This document shows, piece after piece, positions 36,257 through 47,319 of a DNA stretch of 64,000 nt. Made by a program: the position numbers and the translations under genes. Source of the stretch: Hyphomonas sp. (GTDB lineage: Bacteria; Pseudomonadota; Alphaproteobacteria; Caulobacterales; Hyphomonadaceae). Each line of letters starts with the position of its first letter. Position 1 is the stretch's first letter. The stretch is from NCBI RefSeq assembly GCF_017792385.1, contig NZ_CP051230.1, positions 710,827 to 774,826 of the forward strand, read 5' to 3'. Below the pieces are notes generated by a model. It made no database searches. It saw only the letters and a list, made by a program, of their open reading frames with translations, and was not told the origin of the DNA.

Positions 36257-38362
36257 ATGCGGCGAATAAACTTGGTTTCCAATCTGTGCGCCCTGGCGCT
36301 CGCCGCCCTGCTCGCGGCCTGCAGTGCGCAGCAGGACGCGGGTCAGGCCTATGATCCGGAGCCAGAGCCGGACCCGCAATTCGAAGTGCCTCCTCCTCCG
36401 CCGCCGCCTCCGCCTCCGCCCATGATCGACTCCCCAACGGAGCCGGAGCCGCCCCGCGCATCGGCGCCCGGCAGCAGCCCCAACCCTGGCCGCGACAGGC
36501 CGGGCGTGTCTCCGGAACTGCCTGGGGACATCGCGGATGAAGACGAGAACGACGAGCCCGGCAGCCCGAGCCTTGGCTTCGGCGAAGCGTCCGATCTGGA
36601 AGAGTTGCGGGAACTCCATGCCGATAATCCGGCATTTCTCGAGTGGCTCGACAGCTTTGCCGACGGTGCAGAGGACCTTGCCGCCCTCGAACCTGCGGCC
36701 GGCGCATCCGACACAGAATTCTGCCAGGCTGAAATCTCGGCCCCCCGCACCCTGCTGATCACCTGCGACGGCGCCGGATCCGGCACCTACTCCCAGGCCA
36801 CGCATCGCATCGAAGGGGACCTGACCGAAACCCTCGACCTGCTCGCACGCGATCTTGCCGGCGAAGGTCTGGAGGTAGGCCTGTTCGACCGCCAGCTCTG
36901 TTTCTGGAGCGAGACCATCTCGATCGACGGGTCAGACCTCGTCATGAATTGTCCCGATTGGGACTTCCGCTACTCGGAGCTGGCCGCCGAAGCCGCTGCT
37001 GCATTCGACAGCGGCCGGATCGCACACCATGCGCCGGAACAGATGGTGCTCGGGCAGCCCTATTTTCTCGAAATCGCGATTCAGCCAATCCAGAGCAACA
37101 CGACAGAAGCTGAAGTTGACGACTCCCTGCGCGCCGTGATGGGAACGGGCTTGGCTGCTGACAGTTCGGAGCAGGCCTTTTCGCTGGAATTCGACACGGT
37201 CCGCGCAAGTCAGGTCATGATGGCCAATGCCACGGCCGACGCGTTTGACCTGACCCTGATGACCCCCGAAACCCAGCCCGTCGTGCCGGGAGAGCCGACC
37301 TTGTGGCAATGGAAAGTCGTTCCGCGCTCGGTCGGCACACCAAATCTGACGTTCACCGTGTCCCAGCGCGTCTCGGTCGAGGGTCAGAACCTTGCAAAAG
37401 TGGTCAAGACCATTCCCGTTTCGGTGAATGTGGTGTCACTGGACGTGCTGCTCGCCGATCCCGGCCCGGCAGCAGATGAAGCCGCGGATGCGCGCCGGTC
37501 AGCTGGATCGGACGAAGACACGGTGATGCCGCTGACCGGGTCCCTCACCGCGCCGCCCTCCGGCGTAAGCGATACCACGGAAATGAGTGTTGCCAACATT
37601 GCGAACGCCGCGTCCGGCCTGCTGCCGGATACGGAAATTGCCGGATGCACCTGGGTCAGTGGTCCCAATCCGGACCGGCAGGCCATGGTGCTCAGCAATC
37701 TGGCTTACGCCCCGCCGGTCAGCCGGCTTTCCGTGACGCATGAAGACGGCGACCGGATCACCGACGCACTGTCTGCGGTCGGGTTTTCGGTGCTGAAATG
37801 TCAGGACCTTGGCCAGCGCCAGACGGTTCGCGCGCTCAGCCTGCTTGGCCGCATGTCGAAAGCCCGCAAGGATGCCGGTGCCTATCCGGTCACCTTCTTC
37901 TATTATTCCGGCCATGGCGTGAATGTCGGCGGCACCAATTTCATCCTGCCCACGGACATTCCCGGCGCGTCTCCCGAAGAAATCCGGGATTTCGGTGTCA
38001 GTTTCGAACAGATATTCAATCGCGTGTCGACAACTGTCGCGCCCACCTCGTTTATCGTGTTCGATGCCTGCCGGACTGTCATGGATGATGAAAGCCGGGG
38101 CCTGATGCGGGCCTATAGCCCTGTAGGCTGGGCGTCCGGCGTGTTCCAGGCCTTCGCGACCGAGCCCGGCAAGACCGCTGCCGATGATGGCGTCTATTCC
38201 GAGGAGTTGTCCGTCCTGATCCGCACGCTCGATGACCCGGCCAATGTCGTGTTCAAACGTGTCCAGGATGCGGTCGCAGCGCGCACGGGACAAAAGCAGA
38301 GACCGGTCTACACCGACGGCACGACGGGCGGTGATTTCTACTTCATCCAGGACGCGGACTAG
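36257..38362 (+). CDS. Lipoprotein with Pro-rich linker and C-terminal caspase-like (peptidase C14) domain
   Basis: Lipobox LLAA|C, poly-Pro tract, FFYYSGHG and IVFDACR dyad; start trimmed from 35966 to ATG 36257. Confidence 0.85.
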   Translation: MRRINLVSNLCALALAALLAACSAQQDAGQAYDPEPEPDPQFEVPPPPPPPPPPPMIDSPTEPEPPRASAPGSSPNPGRDRPGVSPELPGDIADEDENDEPGSPSLGFGEASDLEELRELHADNPAFLEWLDSFADGAEDLAALEPAAGASDTEFCQAEISAPRTLLITCDGAGSGTYSQATHRIEGDLTETLDLLARDLAGEGLEVGLFDRQLCFWSETISIDGSDLVMNCPDWDFRYSELAAEAAAAFDSGRIAHHAPEQMVLGQPYFLEIAIQPIQSNTTEAEVDDSLRAVMGTGLAADSSEQAFSLEFDTVRASQVMMANATADAFDLTLMTPETQPVVPGEPTLWQWKVVPRSVGTPNLTFTVSQRVSVEGQNLAKVVKTIPVSVNVVSLDVLLADPGPAADEAADARRSAGSDEDTVMPLTGSLTAPPSGVSDTTEMSVANIANAASGLLPDTEIAGCTWVSGPNPDRQAMVLSNLAYAPPVSRLSVTHEDGDRITDALSAVGFSVLKCQDLGQRQTVRALSLLGRMSKARKDAGAYPVTFFYYSGHGVNVGGTNFILPTDIPGASPEEIRDFGVSFEQIFNRVSTTVAPTSFIVFDACRTVMDDESRGLMRAYSPVGWASGVFQAFATEPGKTAADDGVYSEELSVLIRTLDDPANVVFKRVQDAVAARTGQKQRPVYTDGTTGGDFYFIQDAD

Positions 38363-38433
38363 CCCCACCCCGGAATCAAAACACCGCCGAACCCCGTTCG
38401 GCGGTGTTGAAGTCCGGGTCTGGTCCTGCCGGC

Positions 38434-39048
38434 CTACGGGCTGACGGGAACCGGCTCCTTCGGCGCTTCGGGCTGAGGTGGCGGCGGGGGAACATCATGC
38501 TCCACCAGCGTGTCTTCCGGCGCCGGCGCAGAGCCGGACACGGCGCAACAACGCACCTGCATCTCGAGCACACGGCTGTTGAAGCGACATTTCTCGTCAT
38601 TGATCTCGCGCAGTATGGACATGCCGCCCGCCCGGTAAGTGTAGCGGGTCTGGGTGCAACTGGTCAGAGCATAGCCCGGCCGACAGGTTCCGGTGTCGGA
38701 ATTCTGGATGGTGCGGGTTTCGCACTGGACTTCCTTGCTGTTGGCCGCCTCCGCCAGAGCGAGGGCGGCGTCAGCCTGTGCCTGCGCCGCGTCTGCGCTG
38801 GCCTGTGCCCGCGCAGCCGCCTCCGTGGCGTTGTCGGCCATCGAGCGGGCCTGAGACAGGCGCATGTCCGTGTCTGCGAGCGCCGTCGTGTTGCCATCGA
38901 TTTCCAGCTTGAGCTTGCACACCGCCTCGCCGGCCTTGTCCGGATTGGCGCAATATTCTGCCACTGACTGTTCAGCAGGTATCATCTGACAGCCTGCCAG
39001 AAGCGCGGTCGACAGGACCGCCCCTGCAAGGAATTTCCCACTACCCAT
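38434..39048 (-). CDS. Lipoprotein with alanine-zipper coiled coil and Cys-rich C-terminal domain
   Basis: Lipobox LLAG|C, AAARAQASADAAQAQADAALALAE, six C-terminal cysteines ending in RCC. Confidence 0.75.
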   Translation of the reverse strand: MGSGKFLAGAVLSTALLAGCQMIPAEQSVAEYCANPDKAGEAVCKLKLEIDGNTTALADTDMRLSQARSMADNATEAAARAQASADAAQAQADAALALAEAANSKEVQCETRTIQNSDTGTCRPGYALTSCTQTRYTYRAGGMSILREINDEKCRFNSRVLEMQVRCCAVSGSAPAPEDTLVEHDVPPPPPQPEAPKEPVPVSP

Positions 39049-39140
39049 ATTGTTCTCCATTTCTGGCCCCAGCCATTTTGGCCGATATTCAAGGGGCACA
39101 GACCCGGAGCGTCAATGCCGCTCCCGCCTGAGGGGAGTCC

Positions 39141-39977
39141 TCAGGCTTTCAGTTTGTAACCCGACCGGAACATGAGCCAGACAGCAAAGATACCGGCCAC
39201 AGCCAACAATCCGGTTACCCAGACCCCGACAATCACGGAGCTGTTGGCGACCCCGAGGAAACCATACCGAAACCCGTCAATCATGTAGAAGAATGGATCA
39301 AGCAGGGCCATTGTGTAGAAGGGCTCGGACATCACCTTGATGTCGTAGAAGGTGCCGGACAGGAAAGTGAGCGGCACGATCACGAAATTGGTGACCGCGG
39401 ACAAATGGTCGAACTTGTCCGCCCAGATCCCGCCAATGGCGCCAAGTGCGCCGAGTGCAATCGCAGATGTAACGCTGAACCAGAGTATCGGCCAGAGATG
39501 GACGATGGTGAGGTCCGCCAGACCGCTGATCTGGATCCCGATGGCAGAAATCAGCGCAACGAGCAGCCCGCGCACAACCGATCCGCCAATGAAGCCGATG
39601 GTCAGCTCCATGGGCGACAGCGGCGGCATCAGGAAATCGACATAGGTGGAATTGAACTTGGCCTGCACGAGGCTGGAACTGGTATTCTGGAAGGCATTCT
39701 GAAGGATGGCCATCACGATCAGGCCCGGCGCCAGGAACTCGATATAGTTCAGCCCCTCGAAATCACCCATCAGCCGGCCACGGTCGCCGAAAGCAAGCTT
39801 GAACACCGTCATGAACAACAGGGTTGTCACCACGGGCGCAAACACGGTCTGCATCCACACCTTCATGAACCGGCCGATTTCCCGCTTGAATAGGGTCCAA
39901 AGCCCCAATCCATTGATACTGCCATACTGGCGGACGTTTCGCTGGGCGGAGCTCTGGGCGGCGGCTGTATCGGTCAT
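39141..39977 (-). CDS. ABC-2 type transporter permease (YadH-like)
   Basis: GLWTLFKREIGRF...FLAPGLIVM...PLTFLSGTFY...YMIDGFRYGF; divergent from gcrA. Confidence 0.92.
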   Translation of the reverse strand: MTDTAAAQSSAQRNVRQYGSINGLGLWTLFKREIGRFMKVWMQTVFAPVVTTLLFMTVFKLAFGDRGRLMGDFEGLNYIEFLAPGLIVMAILQNAFQNTSSSLVQAKFNSTYVDFLMPPLSPMELTIGFIGGSVVRGLLVALISAIGIQISGLADLTIVHLWPILWFSVTSAIALGALGAIGGIWADKFDHLSAVTNFVIVPLTFLSGTFYDIKVMSEPFYTMALLDPFFYMIDGFRYGFLGVANSSVIVGVWVTGLLAVAGIFAVWLMFRSGYKLKA

Positions 39978-40056
39978 CCGCGCTATCTAGGCATGATTGG
40001 ACGAGTCTGCGAGGGGCAATGGACGGAAAAGTCACGGAAATTCGCGTGCCTGTTTT

Positions 40057-40108
40057 TTGTCCACAGGTCAGCACAGTTAACCACAAGATGTAGAAAGCCT
40101 GTGGAAAG
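40057..40108. promoter_or_regulatory. gcrA promoter region: DnaA-box-like sites and a CtrA half-site
   Basis: TTGTCCACA (40057-40065), TTAACCA (40077-40083), TGTGGAAAG (40100-40108); Caulobacter gcrA is DnaA-activated and CtrA-repressed. Confidence 0.6.
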
Positions 40109-40252
40109 CGTGCGCTGCATGTTGTGTTTCGTTTCGCTGCTGATACGATATCTAGGTGCTGAGCGGATGGCGCGTAGCGAGCCATCTCAATATATAGGGG
40201 CTGAAAGATCGTTGGTGTTAACGATCTTCATCCGAGCTGGGAGACATTGACC

Positions 40253-40780
40253 ATGTCCTGGACCGAAGAACGGGTAAGCGTGCTGAAAAAACTCTGGGCG
40301 GAGGGCCATTCCGCTTCCCAGATCGCCAAACAGCTGGGCGGCGTGACCCGCAATGCCGTGATTGGGAAAGTGCATCGTCTTGGCCTGTCCGGTCGTGCGA
40401 CGCCGTCCCGTCCGGTCAAGCGCCCGCCGCGTCTGGCGCGTCCGAAGCCACGGGTGATGCCGGACGGCAGCGTCAAGGTGGCCGCCCCCGCGGTGCCGGA
40501 AAAGACCGAGACCCGTCCGATCGAGCGCAGCACCGAAGTGATGGCGCCGCTGCCTCCGCTGCAGCAGGCCGATGGTGAGCCTGCTTCGATCCTCACGTTG
40601 CGGGACTCCATGTGCAAATGGCCGATTGGCGATCCGGCCGATCCGAAATTTGCCTTCTGCGGCCGGAAGGCTGATTGCGGTCCCTATTGTTCCGAACATG
40701 CCAAGGTGGCGTTCCAGCCTGCGCGCAAGCGCGACAGCCGGAAAGGCGCCTATGATTATGTCCGTCGCATCGCCGGCTAG
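40253..40780 (+). CDS. gcrA: Cell cycle regulator GcrA
   Basis: MSWTEERV...SASQIAKQLGGVTRNAVIGKVHRLGL; CKWPIGDP...FCG...YCSEH. Confidence 0.97.
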   Translation: MSWTEERVSVLKKLWAEGHSASQIAKQLGGVTRNAVIGKVHRLGLSGRATPSRPVKRPPRLARPKPRVMPDGSVKVAAPAVPEKTETRPIERSTEVMAPLPPLQQADGEPASILTLRDSMCKWPIGDPADPKFAFCGRKADCGPYCSEHAKVAFQPARKRDSRKGAYDYVRRIAG

Positions 40781-40808
40781 ACCCGGCACGCACCCTTGCG
40801 TCTGACAG

Positions 40809-40845
40809 GAAGCCCCCGAAGTCATTCTTCGGGGGCTTTTCCTTT
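40809..40845 (+). terminator. Terminator after gcrA
   Basis: AAGCCCCCGAAG-TCATT-CTTCGGGGGCTT followed by T-rich sequence. Confidence 0.85.
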
Positions 40846-40897
40846 CCTGGCAGACCCGCTCTCGCCTTCCTGACGAAACGCCTTTAAGCCGGTTTCC

Positions 40898-42238
40898 GTG
40901 ACTGCTCCGACAACCCCCGACACGATCTACGCCGCCCCGGCCGAATGGGTCGCCACCGGGACCGGCGCGCAGGGAAACCTGTTCCTGACCGGGCGGGCGG
41001 GAACCGGCAAGACAACCATGCTGCGGAAATTCCTGGCTGGCGCGGGCGACAAGGCGATTGTCCTGGCCCCGACCGGCGTGGCGGCCATGAATGCCGGCGG
41101 CCAGACAATCCATTCCTTCTTCAAGTTTCCGCCGCGCCTGATTGAACCGACCGACATCAAGCGCCTGCGCTCGACGCGTCTCGTGAAAGCCATCGACACG
41201 ATGATCATTGACGAGATCTCCATGGTTCGGGCCGACATGCTGGACGCCATCGACAAGAGCCTGAAGCTGAACCGCGCATCCAAGAGGCCCTTTGGCGGGG
41301 TACGCATGATCCTGTCGGGTGACCTGCACCAGTTGCCGCCGGTGGTATCCGGTCAGGAAGCGCCGATCCTGCAGGAACGTTATGGCGGCAGCTATTTCTT
41401 CAATGCGCCGGCCTTTCGCGAGGCGGAATTCTCGCTGCTGGCCCTGAAACATGTGTTCCGTCAGGCCGAGCCGCGCTTCCTGGCCCTGCTGGGAGCCTTG
41501 AGGACCGGCCGTGTCACGCCAAATGACGAGGCCGTTCTGCGCGGTCTGGTCAGTTCGAAATCGGCGGTCGAAGCGTCCGAAAGCCATGTCGTTTTGACTC
41601 CAAACAATGCCAATGCGTTTCGGATCAACCAGGCGCGGCTGGACGGGCTGACCACACGGTCCCAGACCTTCGAGGCGGATGTGCAGGGCCAGTTCGAGGA
41701 AAAGGCCTTCCCGACGGAAGCCGACCTGGAGCTGAAGGAAGGCGCCCGGGTCATGCTGATCAAGAATGATCCGGAAGGGCGCTGGGTGAACGGCACGCTG
41801 GCAACGGTAGCCGGCTTTTCGGGCAGCCGGGTGATCGTCGAGATTGACGATCATGTGTACGAGATCGAGCAGACGGCCTGGGAAAAGTATCGCTACGAAC
41901 TGGATCCCGAGACCAAGAAAGTGAAACGCGAAGTTGTCGGCACATTCAAACAGGTGCCGTTGCGGCTGGCCTATGCCGTCACCATCCACAAGGCGCAGGG
42001 GCTAACCCTGGACAAGGTGTTCATCGATTTCGATTCCGGCATGTTCGCCCACGGACAGGCCTATGTCGCGTTTTCGCGGGCGCGTTCGCTGGACGGATTG
42101 TCAATCAGCCGGCCCTTGCGGCCCCGCGACCTGGTCCTGGACCGGGATGCCTTTGCGTTCGGCAAGCTGGAAACCATCGAGGACACTGACGCCTATCTGC
42201 TGGCGCGGTTTGCCAAGTCAGACGATACGCTGATTTAG
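40898..42238 (+). CDS. Pif1/RecD-like SF1B DNA helicase
   Basis: GRAGTGKT, IIDEISMV, GDLHQLPPV, VFRQ, YAVTIHKAQGLTLD, GQAYVAFSR motifs. Confidence 0.92.
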   Translation: MTAPTTPDTIYAAPAEWVATGTGAQGNLFLTGRAGTGKTTMLRKFLAGAGDKAIVLAPTGVAAMNAGGQTIHSFFKFPPRLIEPTDIKRLRSTRLVKAIDTMIIDEISMVRADMLDAIDKSLKLNRASKRPFGGVRMILSGDLHQLPPVVSGQEAPILQERYGGSYFFNAPAFREAEFSLLALKHVFRQAEPRFLALLGALRTGRVTPNDEAVLRGLVSSKSAVEASESHVVLTPNNANAFRINQARLDGLTTRSQTFEADVQGQFEEKAFPTEADLELKEGARVMLIKNDPEGRWVNGTLATVAGFSGSRVIVEIDDHVYEIEQTAWEKYRYELDPETKKVKREVVGTFKQVPLRLAYAVTIHKAQGLTLDKVFIDFDSGMFAHGQAYVAFSRARSLDGLSISRPLRPRDLVLDRDAFAFGKLETIEDTDAYLLARFAKSDDTLI

Positions 42239-42323
42239 GCCATTTCGGGGCATTAACCTTTCGCTCACAATCCGGCCGCATTCTGACGATCTCGTGTACG
42301 CCGCCAGCAGAGAAAGGCACGTC

Positions 42324-42461
42324 ATGAACGCAGTCCTTGAACGCCGTCAGCGCCGCTGTCTCCTGAGACAGGGCATGGGCACAGCCAGCGAGCGCAAGTC
42401 ATTGTCGCAGGTGGCCGCTCATCGCCGCCGCATGCGCATTCCCGGCAGCGGCGGAAACTAG
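42324..42461 (+). CDS. Possible 45-aa basic small protein
   Basis: AAAGG RBS, ATG 42324, MNAVLERRQRRCLLRQGMGTASERKSLSQVAAHRRRMRIPGSGGN; stop overlaps (CTAG) the stop of the convergent gene. Confidence 0.3.
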   Translation: MNAVLERRQRRCLLRQGMGTASERKSLSQVAAHRRRMRIPGSGGN

Positions 42462-42688
42462 GCCAGTTTCCGGATTTCCTCCGAGAGCTGGCGCTCCCGG
42501 TCGGTGACGATCTCTTCCAGAACGCGCACGCGCTGTTTCAGATGCGCCACTTCGTCGAGCACCCGCTTCATTTCCTGATCGGAGGCCTTATCGTGTTCGC
42601 GATCTGCCTTCATCTTCAGATAATTGTTCAGCACACCCGCGCCGACGCTTATCATCACGATGATGACGACCATTTCAAAAACGCCCAT
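42458..42688 (-). CDS. Small TM + coiled-coil protein (PspB-like)
   Basis: N-terminal TM then LKQRVRVLEEIVTDRERQLSEEI. Confidence 0.7.
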   Translation of the reverse strand: MGVFEMVVIIVMISVGAGVLNNYLKMKADREHDKASDQEMKRVLDEVAHLKQRVRVLEEIVTDRERQLSEEIRKLA

Positions 42689-42774
42689 GTGGCAACTCCC
42701 ATTTATATCGTTTTTCGATATATCGCGCTCGCGATCAGATTACAAGCCAAAATGGCGCGTGTCGCGCGCTGCGC

Positions 42775-42966
42775 TTAGCCGAGGCGATCAATCTCGCGGC
42801 GCAAACGGCGGTCACGATCCAGGATGATTGATTCCAGCGTACGGACACGCTCCGACAATTGAGCGATCCGGTCATCCTCGCGCGGCGCAGTCTGCACTGG
42901 TCGACGTCCAGAACGGGTCATCATGATGATCACGACGACGAACAGGATGAAAGCGAAGAACGACAT
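42775..42966 (-). CDS. Small TM + coiled-coil protein (PspB-like), paralog of the next gene
   Basis: MSFFAFILFVVVIIMM...LSERVRTLESIILDRDRRLRREI; start trimmed to ATG 42966. Confidence 0.7.
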   Translation of the reverse strand: MSFFAFILFVVVIIMMTRSGRRPVQTAPREDDRIAQLSERVRTLESIILDRDRRLRREIDRLG

Positions 42967-43130
42967 GGCGGGGCTCCTTTTCTGACAAGACCATCTTTCC
43001 GAAAGCCAGTCGTTTGGAGCTCCCCCGTTTCTTGGATGGATCCGCAATTCGCCGGATGCACCGCTCTCCTGAACTTATCGATAATCAATATGTAGGAAGC
43101 GATGAATACCTGTTCAAGAAGAAAACCGGA

Positions 43131-43586
43131 TTATCTTCCGGTAGAACCGAACCCGCCTGCACCGCGTGCGGTCTCGTCGAGTTCGGACACTTCCTCCCAG
43201 GCCAGCTGGGTGACCGGTGCCAATACCAGTTGGGCGATGCGCTCGCCGCGATTGATGGTGAAGGCGTCCTGGCCGAGATTGACCAGGATCACCTTAATCT
43301 CGCCGCGATAGTCGCTGTCGATCGTGCCGGGCGTGTTGAGACAGGTCAGGCCATGCTTGGCAGCGAGGCCGGAACGTGGGCGCACTTGAATCTCATAGCC
43401 CTGCGGAATGGCGACCGACAGGCCCGTCGGGATCATCGCCCGCTCCCCTGCCTGCAGCAGGACCGGATCGTCCTCCGGCACGGCGGCGCGGACATCCATT
43501 CCGGCCGAACCGGCGGTTTCATAGGCAGGCAAATCAAGCCCCTCAAAATGGGGCAGCGGGCGGACGGAGACGTTAACCTTGGTCAT
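43131..43586 (-). CDS. dut: dUTP diphosphatase
   Basis: [45 protein letters not shown] motifs. Confidence 0.98.
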   Translation of the reverse strand: MTKVNVSVRPLPHFEGLDLPAYETAGSAGMDVRAAVPEDDPVLLQAGERAMIPTGLSVAIPQGYEIQVRPRSGLAAKHGLTCLNTPGTIDSDYRGEIKVILVNLGQDAFTINRGERIAQLVLAPVTQLAWEEVSELDETARGAGGFGSTGR

Positions 43587-43642
43587 GCCCCAAGCCGTTG
43601 GCGGAGTCGCATGACCAAGTCAAGCAGTCAGGGCGGCCCGGA

Positions 43643-45163
<1,521 letters not shown>

Positions 45164-45231
45164 GGGCGAAAGCCCTAGCAGCCAGCCCTTAACGGCCTCA
45201 GTTACTTTTCGTACAGCTTGCGCTGGCGCCC

Positions 45232-46110
45232 TTATAGCGCCAGCTCCAGACGGCCATTCACCAAGGCCGTATAGTCATTGACCAGAGCTTCGGAAATCTG
45301 GCCCGGCTTGAAGGTGTGTTCGCCGATCTCGGCAACCGGTGTGATTTCCGCAGCGCTGCCCGTGATGAAGCATTCGGAGAAGGTGGACAGCTCATCCGGG
45401 AAGATGGCCCGCTCGATGACTTCAATGCCGCGTTCCTTCGCCAGCCGGATCGCCGTCTGGCGGGTCAGCCCGTTCAGGAAGCAGTCCGGCGTCGGCGTAT
45501 GCAGCGCCCCGTCGCGAACGAAGAAGATGTTGGCGCCGGTCGCTTCGGCAATCTGTCCGCGATAATCCAGCATCAGGGCATCGGCATAGCCGTCACGTTC
45601 GGCCGCGTGCTTGGACAGGGTGCAGATCATGTAGAGGCCGGCCGCCTTGGCATGGCAGGGCGCCGTGTCCGGCGCGGGGCGGCGCCACTGGGCATGCGTC
45701 ATGCGGATGCCCTTCATCTTGTCGGCAAAATAATCGCCCCAATGCCAGACGGCGACCGCCAGGTGGATCGTGTTGTTCTGGGCCGAGACGCCCATCATTT
45801 CGGACCCGCGCCAGGCGACGGCCCGGACATAGGCGCTTTCAAGGCCGGATTTCGCCAGCGCCTCGGTCTTGGCCTGCTCGACCTGTTCAACCGAGAAAGG
45901 GATTTCGAAGCCCATGATCCCGGCGGATTTGTGCAGCCGCCGTGAATGGTCGAGGGAGCGGAAGATCTTGCCGCCATAGGCGCGCTCGCCTTCGAACACG
46001 GACGACGCATAGTGCAAGGCATGGGTCAGGACGTGAACTTTCGTGTCCCGCCACGGCACGAATTCGCCATCCATCCAGATATAACCGTCGCGGTCGTCAT
46101 ATGCAGACAT
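45232..46110 (-). CDS. ilvE: Branched-chain amino acid aminotransferase
   Basis: [50 protein letters not shown]. Confidence 0.95.
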   Translation of the reverse strand: MSAYDDRDGYIWMDGEFVPWRDTKVHVLTHALHYASSVFEGERAYGGKIFRSLDHSRRLHKSAGIMGFEIPFSVEQVEQAKTEALAKSGLESAYVRAVAWRGSEMMGVSAQNNTIHLAVAVWHWGDYFADKMKGIRMTHAQWRRPAPDTAPCHAKAAGLYMICTLSKHAAERDGYADALMLDYRGQIAEATGANIFFVRDGALHTPTPDCFLNGLTRQTAIRLAKERGIEVIERAIFPDELSTFSECFITGSAAEITPVAEIGEHTFKPGQISEALVNDYTALVNGRLELAL

Positions 46111-46166
46111 AATAGTTCAGCGCTCCTCGCTTGCACTTATAGCATTTTTTGCGTTCATTTCAGAAC

Positions 46167-46634
46167 ATGGCCCCTGACGTCAACCTGAATAGACCGTTCG
46201 ATCCGCGCCTTTTCCTTATGGATCAGGAGCTTGACCGGGGCGTGGGACTCTTGCTGGCCGGCAGTGCGGAATTGATGAGAGCCGCAGAAGAGGCCCGGCA
46301 CAAGGCGGGGCTGAGCAAGCCAGAGCTGCAAATTCTCATGGCTGTGCGCTATTCGCCCGGCCAGACCGTGGGCGATCTGCGCGATGCGCTGAGCATGACG
46401 GTGCCGACCTTTGCCCGGATCATTGGCGAACTGGACAAGCGCGGCCTGATCGAACGAGAGCGCGAACAGGTCAGCGACAAGCGCCGCCGCACCCTGACCC
46501 TGTCGGAGGCCGGCACGACCTTGACGACCCAGATCACCATTGTCCTGCGCGAGCGCCTGCGCCTCGCTTACCGGAGCGCCGGCCCGGATGCGGTCGAAGG
46601 GGCCCGCAAGGTCATGGACGCACTTGTCAGATGA
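46167..46634 (+). CDS. MarR-family transcriptional regulator (PetP-like)
   Basis: wHTH (TVGDLRDALSMTVPTFARII...DKRRRTLTL); divergent from ilvE and upstream of an OmpR-type regulator, as in the alphaproteobacterial petP-petR arrangement; start uncertain. Confidence 0.8.
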   Translation: MAPDVNLNRPFDPRLFLMDQELDRGVGLLLAGSAELMRAAEEARHKAGLSKPELQILMAVRYSPGQTVGDLRDALSMTVPTFARIIGELDKRGLIEREREQVSDKRRRTLTLSEAGTTLTTQITIVLRERLRLAYRSAGPDAVEGARKVMDALVR

Positions 46635-47314
46635 CCCGCGACACAGCCCATATTCTCGTGGTCGATGATGACGACCGGATCCGTGACCTGTTGAAACGTT
46701 ACCTGTCGCGCGAGGGTTTCCGCGTGACTTCGGCGCCTGACGCAGCGGCGGCCCGCAAGCTGATGACGGGCATGGAGTTCGACCTTGCCATTCTGGACAT
46801 CATGATGCCGGGCGAGGATGGCCTGTCCCTGCTGAGATCCATGCGGGAAGGCCGCAACCGGGAAACCCCGGTCATCCTGCTGACGGCCCGGGGCGAAGCA
46901 ACCAGCCGGATCGAAGGCCTGAGACACGGCGCGGACGACTATCTGGCCAAACCGTTCGAACCGGAGGAATTGTCCCTGCGCTGCGCCGCCATCCTGAGAC
47001 GGTCCCACAAGGCCCCGCCTCCGGCCGAAGTGGAAATGTCCGGCATGGTGTTCAATGCGGAACGGGGCGAGTTGAAAGCCGGCGAGGACCGAATTCGGCT
47101 GACCGAGGCTGAGCTGCAACTGCTGACTGCCCTGGCAGCGACGCCGGGTGAGCCGGTGAGCCGCGAGGATCTGGCCGCCCTGACCTCGGCCGGCATGGAA
47201 CGCTCGGTGGATGTGCAGGTCACGCGCCTGCGCCGCAAGATCGAACCCAATCCGAAGGAACCGATCCACATCCAGACCGTGCGGGGCATCGGCTACCGCC
47301 TGATGCCGGACTGA
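46631..47314 (+). CDS. OmpR-family response regulator (PetR/OmpR-like)
   Basis: LVVDDD, LDIMMPGEDG, GADDYLAKPF, RSVDVQVTRLRRKIE, IQTVRGIGY. Confidence 0.93.
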   Translation: MTRDTAHILVVDDDDRIRDLLKRYLSREGFRVTSAPDAAAARKLMTGMEFDLAILDIMMPGEDGLSLLRSMREGRNRETPVILLTARGEATSRIEGLRHGADDYLAKPFEPEELSLRCAAILRRSHKAPPPAEVEMSGMVFNAERGELKAGEDRIRLTEAELQLLTALAATPGEPVSREDLAALTSAGMERSVDVQVTRLRRKIEPNPKEPIHIQTVRGIGYRLMPD

Positions 47315-47319
47315 GCCGC

